Shown here: one piece after another, positions 29,901-40,967 of the stretch
How positions within the stretch are numbered: position 1 is the first letter of the stretch
How the letters are laid out: every line of letters starts with the position of its first letter
Origin: Cyanophora paradoxa CCMP329
Lineage: Eukaryota > Plantae > Glaucophyta
Direction: 5' to 3'
Assembly (NCBI GenBank): GCA_004431415.1
Contig: QPMI01000174.1
Coordinates: 62,001-126,000 of the forward strand
Length of the DNA: 64,000 nt
Position numbers and translations under genes: made by a program
Notes under the pieces: generated by a model
Database searches by the model: none
What the model was told of the DNA's origin: nothing
Seen by the model: only the letters and a program-made list of their open reading frames with translations

Positions 29901-32626
29901 GAAGATATCCCATTAACAGCAGGTTTACCTCCACTTCCATTAGATCCAGTGAGTTATGATGATAAAGACGCCATCTTACAAGTAAACGTTACAGATGTAA
30001 GCGCAACCGATGGATCAAGACCGAAAATAATATTTAGTCGCTCGAAATTCAATTACGCACCACTTGTGGGACAACCAAAAGATGATTTCGGGAAATGTGA
30101 GATGGCGTGGATCAAAACATTAGCAGGTGGCGCCTTAGAAGTCAATCAGAGAATGGCGGCAAAAAATTTACACAATGAGACCCTTTCAGGTGTTGTCACA
30201 GATGATTACCTTGAAAGCAAAAATTATGTAGACGATACAGAACTTGCAGCAATTCTTGAAGAATATGTGACTGAACAGGAACTTAATGTAGCATTATCTA
30301 ATTATCTACCACTCAATGGTGGAACCATTACCAGCAACTTGGTGGTGACAAGCAACCTAACAGTTGGAGGGAAAATTCAAATGGGAACCGGAAGCTATTT
30401 AGAATCTTATAGTGAAAATTTTTATCGAATCACTTCCAATTTTGATCCAGCTTCTAACATTCCAATTGTATTTTTGCTTGGAAGGCATCAGGGGTTCACG
30501 GTCAAAATGCAGCATCAACAATTCTTTACAATAGGGTCTCCTCAATCGTTCCATCTATAACTGTCAGTTCCACAGGAAGTCCCTACTACTCATCCAATAT
30601 TGCTATAAATAATCAGATGACTTTAACAAGCGATTCAGGGAACTTCTCAGCAAACTCAACGATGACAAGAACAATTGATTGGTCACAAGGTTTGACATTC
30701 TTCTATATTGGAAGATATCATTTAACACAAACAGGTGCTTCTCATACACATTTGAGAGTGCTAAAAACAACATCACCAACGCGATTTGCCTACTATGGAG
30801 CAAATAATTCAACAACATTAGGGACAACTACTTTCGCTATAAATGGTGTAACACAACCTCCAATTGCTGTCACAGTTCCCTCTTTGGTAAATAAATGGTA
30901 TTACTCAGACCAAACAATAACTTCTACAAGCTACACAGTTGGGCTAAATGGTGTCGATGTGGGAACTCTCACAGGAATTAATAATTATTTACCTGATTCC
31001 ACTATAAACGATTTTGGATTTGGATCAATATTTGCGGGAAGCATTGCTGAGATTATTGTATTCAACAGAGCATTAACCACAGCAGAAAAACAACAAGTAA
31101 GGTATTACATTCAACAAATGTATGGTTTCCCCAATACTCAACCAATCTTAACTCGGGAAATTCTGAATATTATCGGCAAAGACAGATTAACACTTAGCAA
31201 TTTGGAGATACCCACACACACTCACACAAAATCACAAATAACAGATTTTGCCCACACACATTCCCGATTAGAGATTCCAGATTTTGCTCATGTTCACACA
31301 AAAGATGAGATTTCAGATTTTGACCACACACACACATGGAACAGTATCACAGATAAGCCTTTAACATTCACACCTTCACCACATCCACATTTATGGAGCC
31401 ATATTACGGATAGACCCACCTTAGCAACAGTTGCAACAAGCGGAAATTATGATGATTTAATTAATAAACCAACATATACAACACCCACAAATTTCGATGC
31501 TACAAGTGGTATTTCCACAGACTACACAGGAGATTGGAGAGGTTACTTCGGGTCACCATTGACAAATACAGACACTTGGGCGAACACATGGGTTGATGGT
31601 GATTTTGATTGTAGTAGCTGTAAGATGTATTGGACTGTCCCAGCAGGAATGAAATCATGTTATATCTATTATACCTGTCTGTATAACAGTAGATACTTTG
31701 ATGTAGTGGGAATTGATTCATCGACAAATACTTATGTTTATTCAAGAGTAAATGCCTATGCTCCTTCTATTCAGCCTTCTCAATATAAACAGTTTGTTGG
31801 AATAAATTGTGAAGGACTTGTTAAAGTTGGTGTTCATGGACAAATAGGAAGAATTTGTCTTCCAGGTCCGATTACTGTTGGTTGGAGTAAAAATCCTGCT
31901 GTATCATCACACAGTGGCTTCTTGCATTGGGATAACATTTACGGGAAACCAACAGCTTCCACAACTGTCGGACCTCACTCTCACACTAAATCAGATATCA
32001 CCGATTTTGCACATACTCACACAAAGGCAAATATAACAGATTTCGCCCATACTCACACGAAATCGGAAATCACAGATTTCCCAACCTTAGACCCATTTGT
32101 AGCAAATACGATCACAGCAAATAATACCATGTATGTGGGATCCGGTCAAATTTACCAACCAGACTCTCCTTTATTCTACGAACAGTGGTTCTTCCACAAT
32201 TCCGCGAACATATACGATAAAACACTATTATGTCGTGGCAATGCTTACGCAAGAGCATACTATGCGATGGATGAAAAAGACAATGGTAAGATTGCGAAAC
32301 TTGTCTCAGAACAACGGGTCAATAAAGACCAGTATATACAGACAGGGAGTTTTTCAAAATCCTTAGCAATCACAGGTCCGGGTCATTGGGGATTTCCACA
32401 AGTTGTCACATTCCCAAAAGCGTTTGCAGAAGCCCCAGCAGTCGTTCTCAATTTAAGAGATGGGTATAATGGTGGTTCATATGTATTGGTATATGGTGTC
32501 ACAAGTTCCACAACAACAACATTTACTATTCATGCCACAATTTCGGCAAATAGAGAATACAATGAAAGCATTGGACTTTTCCACTATCAAATGACTTATA
32601 TAGCAACAGGGAAGATGGTAGCATAG
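23953..32626 (+). CDS. Giant modular fibre/spike protein of A (~2890 aa if ~5 frameshifts are repaired)
   Basis: Six consecutive ORFs, largely homologous to the single B fibre. HxH/WxxIxxKP tail-repeat motifs, YLPLTGGTITG motifs, LamG-like domains and a phage-fibre-type C-terminus (VTFPKAF...P.VVL...YIATG). Confidence 0.75.
28251..28484 (+). repeat. 6 x 39-bp coding repeat (PLTASNVVxEWIA)
   Basis: Seen in translation and in the DNA. Confidence 0.85.
28701..31143 (+). repeat. ~660-bp intragenic duplication of a LamG-like domain (28701-29359 and 30485-31143)
   Basis: Near-identical DNA at offset 1784; about six substitutions noticed. Confidence 0.9.
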
Positions 32627-32666
32627 ATATTCGTTTATTTTTCTATCCTTCTTAGTAAAAGAAGCA

Positions 32667-33512
32667 ATGGGTGAATACAACCGAGTCCAATTACCGGTTT
32701 ACGCATTGGGTGCGCCCGCAATTCATTTCAGACAACATGAAGTATCCGATGAGATTCGTGGTATGGAATCAACAGAACGCGCAAACTCAGGAAATGCGTT
32801 CGATAAAAACAGTGTGATTCGCGTAAAAGAACTACGAGCCGATAAGAATTCGGGTGTGGTAAAAACAACTCAATTATTGGTTACAAATGCGAATTTTCAA
32901 TCAGCAAACGGAGAACCCGATGCGTATGGTGTAGATATCAAAGCATTCCAATTCGACAATACGCGAGCCGCCGCCGTTATCCGATCAGGAGGCGCTGTTA
33001 TTGGTGGTGGATGCCGAGTATCCGGAATGCTTGGCTCTTCTGCTGCGTTTAACGATATTCCGGACACCTTACCTGAACATGCAGATAATCCCCAACGAAT
33101 GCGTATGTTTCTTCCATGTGGAGATTCCCCATATGCTTTTGCTATCATACGAGCAAATGTAAATATAAATGATGCTACCCAACCCCAAGGTATTGACGGA
33201 CCTTGGAAAATGGCTGATCAACTTTTACCGAAAGCGATTTACTCCATGTGTCGCTCTCAGAATGGAGGTGTAGAAGGATATACATTCATTGTTCAAGCGG
33301 TAGGTCATGGAGGGCGTGGATGGGTTATAAGAAATCCTGCAACACAACCCAACACTTTTGATTTTTGGGCATCTGAGGTTGGAGGTTATGATATTTTAAT
33401 TTTTGGATATCGTAATGATGAAGCAGCATGGGCTGTTGCCAACTGTATAAATCCTGATTCGCAGGTCTCGAATTTCTACAATGAACCATTTCCGAATGAT
33501 CCCATTCCGTAA
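32667..33512 (+). CDS. Putative fibre-associated protein 1 (A)
   Basis: Homologous to 484-1326 and paralogous to the next gene. Confidence 0.8.
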   Translation: MGEYNRVQLPVYALGAPAIHFRQHEVSDEIRGMESTERANSGNAFDKNSVIRVKELRADKNSGVVKTTQLLVTNANFQSANGEPDAYGVDIKAFQFDNTRAAAVIRSGGAVIGGGCRVSGMLGSSAAFNDIPDTLPEHADNPQRMRMFLPCGDSPYAFAIIRANVNINDATQPQGIDGPWKMADQLLPKAIYSMCRSQNGGVEGYTFIVQAVGHGGRGWVIRNPATQPNTFDFWASEVGGYDILIFGYRNDEAAWAVANCINPDSQVSNFYNEPFPNDPIP

Positions 33513-33531
33513 TTATGTTTCAGTATATTAA

Positions 33532-34377
33532 ATGGCAGCACCAGCACCACCAGAGCGCATTTTAACAGCGCAACTATCATTAGCTGCTCCAGCTAACCAC
33601 GTCTTACAGCATGCTATTATTGATAATATTGATGGTCTCGAATCCACAGAGATAGCCCCAACTCTGAATACTTTTGGTGACACTCACATGCTAAGACTAA
33701 AAGAGTTAAGATGTGACAAAAATAATGGGGTCGTTAAAACTACTAAACTTCTTGTAACAAATGCGAATTTCAACGCATTTCATGGGGATCCTGACAGCTA
33801 CAATGATGATAACAAGGTAACCAATTTTGCCTACGAAGCAAGAAGGGGAGCAATTAAATGTAGGTCAGGAGGTGCCTATATTGGAGATGGTTTAAGGGTT
33901 GGTGGAATTATTGGAGCGCCTTTATTAGTAAATGATCAACCCAATCCAGATGATCTGAATACAAGAATCAGGACATATGTCCCGGGAATGAATGAGCCTT
34001 ACATTATCAAAATCAACACAATCATTATCAACCTTCAGACTGCTGTTCTTGATGTTTTAGAGCCTTTGGGAAATCATTATAGATATACTGAGACGTTGCC
34101 TGCTGATATTTACGCATTATGTAGAAGAACAGATGGAGCAAGACCCCGTATTACTGTCCAAGTAGTCCCAGTAGATAATTTCGGACTTGCTTTCCATTCA
34201 CTGCCACTTCTTGACACACAAGATGACCAATATATTATAAGAGCTACCCAGCAAGGGACTTACACAGTGATAATGTATGCTGAAAGAAATGATGAAATAG
34301 CCAGAGGAAATAGATATGGTCAATATCTAACCACAAATTTATACAATCCCATTGGAGGAAGTGACCCTTTGCCATAA
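33532..34377 (+). CDS. Putative fibre-associated protein 2 (A)
   Basis: Shares KELR.DKN.GVVKTT.LLVTNANF with protein 1. Confidence 0.8.
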   Translation: MAAPAPPERILTAQLSLAAPANHVLQHAIIDNIDGLESTEIAPTLNTFGDTHMLRLKELRCDKNNGVVKTTKLLVTNANFNAFHGDPDSYNDDNKVTNFAYEARRGAIKCRSGGAYIGDGLRVGGIIGAPLLVNDQPNPDDLNTRIRTYVPGMNEPYIIKINTIIINLQTAVLDVLEPLGNHYRYTETLPADIYALCRRTDGARPRITVQVVPVDNFGLAFHSLPLLDTQDDQYIIRATQQGTYTVIMYAERNDEIARGNRYGQYLTTNLYNPIGGSDPLP

Positions 34378-34408
34378 ATGTTGAGGGCGTTGGAAATTCT
34401 TTCTAAAC

Positions 34409-34562
34409 CCCTACTGGTGCCAAAAAGACATGAATAATACCCTAAGACCTGAAATAAATGCTTACTACCCTAGTACCTGAAACGCGCACACATAGGGATA
34501 CCCCTGATCCAAGCCTGTAGGCCGAAGGCCGGAGGGCTTGGATCAGGGGTATCCCTATGTGT
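34409..34562 (-). repeat. Right TIR; 34488-34562 is a hairpin with a 28-bp stem
   Basis: acacatagggatacccctgatccaagcc-tgtaggccgaaggccggag-ggcttggatcaggggtatccctatgtgt. Confidence 0.92.
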
Positions 34563-34568
34563 CTGATT
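34563..34568 (+). repeat. Right TSD CTGATT
   Basis: Matches 2895-2900. Confidence 0.92.
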
Positions 34569-35851
34569 TTAACCATGCATTTGTTGCCCATGTTGCGGTT
34601 TGTGGAAGGTCTGCGGCTGAGTAAAATGATGGTTTACTAAATATATTATCCCAAGAGATCATCCCAACCTCATTATCTGTCGCTCTCTGTCTACTCCACC
34701 CAAAAACACCTGTAAGATGGATTCTACCTTTTCGACCTTGAACATATATTTTTGTGTAAAACTCACAATTAATAGAGATGAAAAGTATACTGGATTGTGT
34801 TCCATCATGCACTGATGCTTGAATACCTTGATAAACATTTAAACGCCGAAGGAAATGTTGATTACCATTGGCTGTTTGACCATAGATGTCGAAATATCTA
34901 CAATTAGACCAACACATGGTTTGAATATAAAACGTTTTCATTCCTGTGGGGACATTCCACCTCATCCAACAAGCGCTACAATCTTCATCATTTTGTGGTG
35001 TTGTGTAACATCCTATTTGCCCTGTTCTTGCTGTCCAATTGACAGTCCAATTATTTGCGCTTCTATCTGTCGAAACCACATCTAATTGGTCAAAATCGAA
35101 ACCTTTCGGTATTGTGGTTCCACCAATTTGTAAAGTGGTAGCATTCACAGTTCCTGTTACTGTTCCACCTGTTAGAGGTAGATAATTAGCAAGCGCTGAT
35201 GTTAATTCGGTATCTGTAACAAAATCTGTAACAGCTAACTGTAATTCTGTATTTGTAACATAATCTTTGTTTTTCTAAATAATCATCTGTAACCACTCCT
35301 GAAAGGGTTGTATTGTGTAAGTTTTTCGCCGCCATTCTCTGATTGACTTCTAAGGCGCCTCCTGATGTTGTTTTAATCCACGCCATCTCACATTTACCGT
35401 GATCATCTGTGGGTTGTCCCGCAACAGGAAGATAGTTTACAACTTTCTCCCTTGTGAATACTATTTTAGGTCTTGCTCCATCATATGCGCTTTGATCTGT
35501 TACGTTAATTTGAACCGCTGCTGAAAAATCCGCTACTTGTCCTGTTTCACCCGGGTGATAATTCGTGACATAGATACTGGGGAAAGTATCGTTTACTCCT
35601 ACATTGAAATCGCCACTATACACTCCATTTACGATTGGATCCCTGGGTAATCTTACTGCAAGAGTTCCCACCATCGGTGTGCCTTCTTGACCTGTAAACG
35701 ACCCATTGAGACTAACATAATGATCATTCAAAAATAGCCTTTCAGGTGTGTTAATCGATTGGTAAAGTGTGACTCCATTAAAAACGTTTCCGATTGCATT
35801 CAATTGTGCAAAAACTGGCTGTTGATCTATTTCGTCCCAATTGTGCCTATG

Positions 35852-36319
35852 TGCAAAATCTGTGATTTGCGCTTTTGTGTGAGTATGGTCAAAATCTGTG
35901 ATTTGCGCTTTTGTGTGAGTATGGTCAAAATCTGTGATTTGCGCTTTTGTGTGAGTATGGTCAAAATCTGTTATTTGCGCTTTTGTGTGAGTATGGTCAA
36001 AATCTGTTATTTGCGCTTTTGTGTGAGTATGGTCAAAATCTGTTATTTGCGCTTTTGTGTGAGTATGGTCAAAATCTGTGATTTGCGCTTTTGTGTGAGT
36101 ATGGTCAAAATCTGTGATTTGCGCTTTTGTGTGAGTATGGTCAAAATCTGTTATTTGCGCTTTTGTGTGAGTATGGTCAAAATCTGTTATTTGCGCTTTT
36201 GTGTGAGTATGGTCAAAATCTGTGATTTGCGCTTTTGTGTGAGTATGGTCAAAATCTGTGATTTGCGCTTTTGTGTGAGTATGGGCAAAATCTGTGATCT
36301 GATCTTTGGTGTGTGTGTG
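35852..36319 (-). repeat. 13 x 36-bp coding repeat HTHTKAQITDF(D/A)
   Basis: 468 bp = 13 units. Confidence 0.92.
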
Positions 36320-39300
36320 GTTTTGTATCCAACCTTGAACCACATTAGAGGTTGGATGATGTGGTAAATTTGCATTGCTTATAACTGTAAGGTAATCTAT
36401 TACAGTATCAGGTGAGGTTATTTTTAATCCTCTGTAAATATTCAGAGTCTGGGTATGAGTGAATCCATATTTTTGTTGAATGTAATACCTCACAGCATTC
36501 TTTTCAGAAGTTGTCAAAGCCCTATTGAAAACAATCAACTCGGAAATACCACCATTCACAATATTACCAAATCCGAAATGATTGACAGTATTATCTGGTA
36601 GATAATTCGTTCCTACAAGTGTTTGAATATCTACTCCATTTAACCCGACTGTGTAGCTGTTTGGAGTAATTGTTTGGTCAGTGTAATACCATGTATTTAT
36701 TAAAGAAGGAACCGTAATAGCTGGGCGGGTTTGGGATACTCCATTAATAGTAAACTGGTTCATTCCAATAGCAGTAGAAGATGTTGCCCCATAATAACAA
36801 TATCGTGATGGAGAGGCGCTTCTGTAAAGTCTCAAATGAACTTGCATAGAAGAGGTAGTTGGATGATATTTTCCCACAAAGAAAAATGTAAGCCCATTTG
36901 AGAAATCAATAGTCCTTGTAGCAGAGGTATATGCATAAAAAGTGCCTGTTGGGTTTGAAACACTAACTTGGTTGTTGATTTCGGGATTGGTGTAATAGGA
37001 ACTGACTCCGGAGATAAACAAGTCTGGAACAACTGAATTTGGGACTCTACTTATTATAGTTGTATACGTTGCTGATTGACCTGGTTCTCCTGATGCCTTC
37101 CAAGCAAAAATGCAGTTCGAGATATTTAATGCTGGATCAAAGCTTGCTGGAACATCATACCATTCTCTGTAAACTTGATTCATGGTATTAAAATTGCCTG
37201 AACCAACTGTAAGAATTCCATTCACTTTTAGGTTGCTGGTCTCTATGTTGCTACTGTAAATATTACTATTAACCGTAAGATCTCCTGTGATCGTCCCACC
37301 AACAAGCGGAAGATATTTAGATAATTCCGCGGCAAATTCAGGTTTTGTTACATAATTTCCAAGCATAGCAAGAGTAACGAAATTAACGAGAATTACAGCC
37401 GTTAGGTAATCTTCTGTTACCACTCTCGAAATATCTTCATTGTGTATATTTTTGGCGCTTGCTCTTTGATTGATTTCTAATAAACCTTCACCAACTCCGC
37501 CATTATAATTTGTTTTTATCCATGCTACCTCGCATTGTTTATAATCATCGCGATCTCCTAAAAGTGTTTCTGCTGCGAGTTGCTCACGGCTAAATATTAA
37601 TTTTGGTCTTGATCCGTCTAAATCGCTTACATTAGTCACATTAATTTGGATTGCTGCGTTTTTATCATCGTAGTTTGCTGGATCAGATGGTAGAGATAAT
37701 AAACCTCCTGTCATTGGGACATCATCGGCGTAGTAATTGGTAAGATAGATTCCCGGTTTTGTGTCTTTTATTTCAATACCACCACCAAGTGGTAATATTA
37801 CATTTCTTGTGGGTGGTCGAATGTATAATTCGCCTTCCATTGTGGTGCCTGCATCTATTCCCCTGCGATTTACGTAATAATCGTTTAATTGTAATCTTTC
37901 TGGTGTGTCTATGTTTTGGTAGAGACTCACACCATTGTTAATATCTCCTAATAATACATTACCTGCTGATGCAAAAGTGGGCTGTTGTCTTACTTCACTC
38001 CAAATATGTAAATGGTCTTCCGGCGGAAACTCTCCTGGTATTCCATCAATTTCGTCCCAATGGTGGCGATGCTGTGTCGGTGGGAATCTTTCCGGTTTGT
38101 TTAGAATGTCATCCCATTCGTGTTCGTGGGGATCAGGTGGGAATGTTTCGGGTTTGTTAATAATATCCCTCCAATCTACGGTAAAATCGAAAAAACCCGG
38201 TTGTAATCCGTCTGGTAATAACTCTTCATCTGGTATATGTGGTTGTTCGTAATCTATGTTAGGTGGATTTAATCCATGTGGTAAAAGTTGTTCGTCGTAA
38301 GGTTCGTAACGATCGTATAACATATGGTTAGGATCAAATCCATCCGGCAATTCTTCCACGTCTTCACATTCTTTATGTTCGAGAGGTATAACATTAATAT
38401 CTGGTGCTAAGAGTTCCTCAGCGGGCGGTTTGTAATCTTTAAAAACTGGTTTATTATAAACTTTTTCCCAACTCACTAAATGCTGCCCAAACGCTACCGT
38501 TTCATCTGCTGTGTATTCTCTTCCGGGTTGTTTCTTTGGTGTAAGATCTGGTGGATCCCATGGAAGTGGAAATGGAACGGGAACAGGTCCATAATGTTCA
38601 AATATTTCTCTTATTGTTTTCTCACTAACAAGTTTCTCGCCATTTGCATAAACATTACTACCATGAATATTTCGCCATTGTCGGGTTCTAATACCAAGGT
38701 CTTTGGTGTTTGTGACCAAAGGTAGTAAATGCCGATCCATTTCGACAAGATCGGGATGTAAATGTATAGCAACAGGTTGGGAAGTACTACTATTAATGGT
38801 TATTGATGGTTTTTTTTCGTGTACATCTTTCGGAATAAAGAACCCAAAAGGTTCATTTCTCGCAAAATCATAAGTTATGTCTTTTGGGTAAACATCATAT
38901 GAGTTACATACTTGATTTGTAGTGGGAAAACTACCAACTTGCAAGATTTGTGATGACTCGACAATTGGTGTGCTACCTTCATTATAAATTCTTAGACCTG
39001 TATTTTGTTTACCTTTCTCATCTTGTACATTAAAAATTAATCGCCCGCTATCGAAACGTGTGGGAATATCGGGATGGGTTTGACTTGTTTTAAGTTTTCG
39101 TTGCCTTCTTGTTGCTTTGATTTCCGCAACCGCGTTTTTTTTAACATTGCCCAAACTGAAAGCAATGCTAACATCTTCTTTGTCTGGATCTGTTTGATTC
39201 AGCGATAAAGCATGTTCTCTGGCTTGTGTCTTACTGGGTTTATCGGCGCTCTGATCGATAGAAGCCGACCCTTTGATGGTAATATTATCGAAATTCACAT

Positions 39301-39410
39301 GTTTCGGGTTTGTTTTACCACCACTTATTGTTTGTAAATTTGCTGGATAATTGAAACTCATCCCTGCATGCTCTACATATAGAGATTTATTAAATTTCAA
39401 TAAAGTAAAG

Positions 39411-40967
39411 ATGCCTCAAAAGATCGTTTTAGCGTTGTCTGGCGGGGTGCGCGTGGTATCATCATAACAAGGTTACTAACAGAAATTGAAAATAGAACTG
39501 GTAGACGTATAATAAATCTTGTCGATCTTGTAAGCGGAACATCCACAGGTGGTATAATTGCTATTGGGTTAAACATCAGACATCCTGAGATGCCCTATGA
39601 ACCGAAACTAACCGCTAACGATTTGCATAATATATATCTAACACAACTACCGTTAATTTTTGCGAATCCGCGAAATATCATTGAAAATGCCCTTTTTAAT
39701 ACGAAATATGATGTTGCACCATTGGAAAGTGCGATTTACTCAGTTACTGGTGAATCGCTTATAAGAGATTCTCTAAAAGACATTGTGATTACATCTTTTG
39801 ATACTCAATATATGAAACCAATATTTATAACAAACGATAACAAGTACAATTTTTTGCCGAATAAAATAGTAGCGCGTGCAACATCTGCTGCTCCCACATA
39901 TTTTTCACCTGTAAGTATTGTAGATTTCAATAATGGCGTAATTGCTTCTCTGATTGATGGCGCAATTTCAGGAAACAATAACCCAAGTTTATGCGGTTAT
40001 AGTCATGCAAAAAAGATTTATAATGATGATGATGAAATTATAGTTATAAGTATCTCTTGTGGTGAAGTGGATGCTAATTTAGAATCTGAATATTTCGGAT
40101 ATGCTTATGAGACTGTGAATAGCTGGGGTATTCTTTCATGGATTGCTTCAACAGAAGGAAGCCCATTAATTAATATGCTAATGGCTGCAAGCGAACTATC
40201 GGCTCTTGATAAGATGGAAGAATTACTACCTTACAACTACGATCAGGATTATGGGAGGTACTATAGGCTATCTGTTCCTCTTCCAAATCACATAGTCAAG
40301 TCCCTTGATGATACCTCTAAAATCCCGACATGCTTGCGTTCACTGAGACGCTATTGCTGCAAATGACGCTATGATAAATAGACTCTGTGAGTTACTTGTA
40401 ACAAACTACGAGATTAAGAACCCTGTCAGATCGTATGTATCATCCACTCTAAATAACATACCTCCCATCGATGCTAATTGGTATTTTCTGTCAGATAATG
40501 CGTTTACCGCTTCTTCTGCAAAATTCGGAAAAGAAGCATTTAAAGCCCGCCCATCATTAACTGGATGGGAAGCGAATGCATCCGCCATTAACGGAGTATG
40601 GGAAACGCCAACTGAATATTTGCAAATTGCTTTTCCATATACATTTGAGGTCGCTTCTATAATTGCGTATGGTTCAGGTATAACAACTGCCTTTATTAAG
40701 ACGTTCAATGTTGCGACATCGCAAGATGGTTTAACATGGTCATTCATTAAATCTGATGGTGTAAATAGAATCTTTGTGTGTGAAAATATAAATAATGCTA
40801 ATAACTCTGGGGATGTATCATATGCTACAGGTTTCCCGCTTATAATTAACGATGTATTTAATATACGTTATTCTTTGAGAATTAAATATATTCGTATTTA
40901 TCCATTAGTATATGTAAATGCTCCAACTATGAGAGTTGATGTGACGGGTTCATTTATTAGAAATTAG
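39411..40967 (+). pseudogene. Patatin-discoidin fusion (B), frameshifts near 39445 and 40325-40350
   Basis: MPQKIVLALSG..., GTSTG; highly similar to the A protein. Confidence 0.85.

Larger units (their letters stand above)
2901..34562. mobile_element. Complete endogenous Polinton-like virus / Maverick-type element A (31.66 kb; ~27.9 kb without the internal duplication)
   Basis: TIRs, 6-bp TSD, rve integrase, pPolB, packaging ATPase and capsid-like genes. Confidence 0.92.
34563..39361 (-). pseudogene. 5' part of B fibre gene (extra A near 35272; interrupted by element A; ~2000 aa when reconstructed)
   Basis: Removing one A gives DDYLENKDYVTNTEL...YLPLTGGTVTGTVNATTLQIGG, which joins ORFs 35186-39400 and 34555-35148. 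Confidence 0.85.

Noticed and set aside
28701-31143. Diversity-generating retroelement (TR/VR pair in the fibre plus an RT in the window)
   Set aside because: The differences are not adenine-specific, both copies are coding, and the RT belongs to a LINE with its own TSD.
35759-36367. 202-aa repeat ORF on the + strand, or a CRISPR-like 36-bp repeat
   Set aside because: Antisense shadow of the fibre's coding repeat.
1675-39400. Bacterial prophage
   Set aside because: Despite phage-like fibre domains there is no terminase, portal or HK97 capsid. The A32 ATPase, pPolB, rve integrase and LINE indicate a eukaryotic context.
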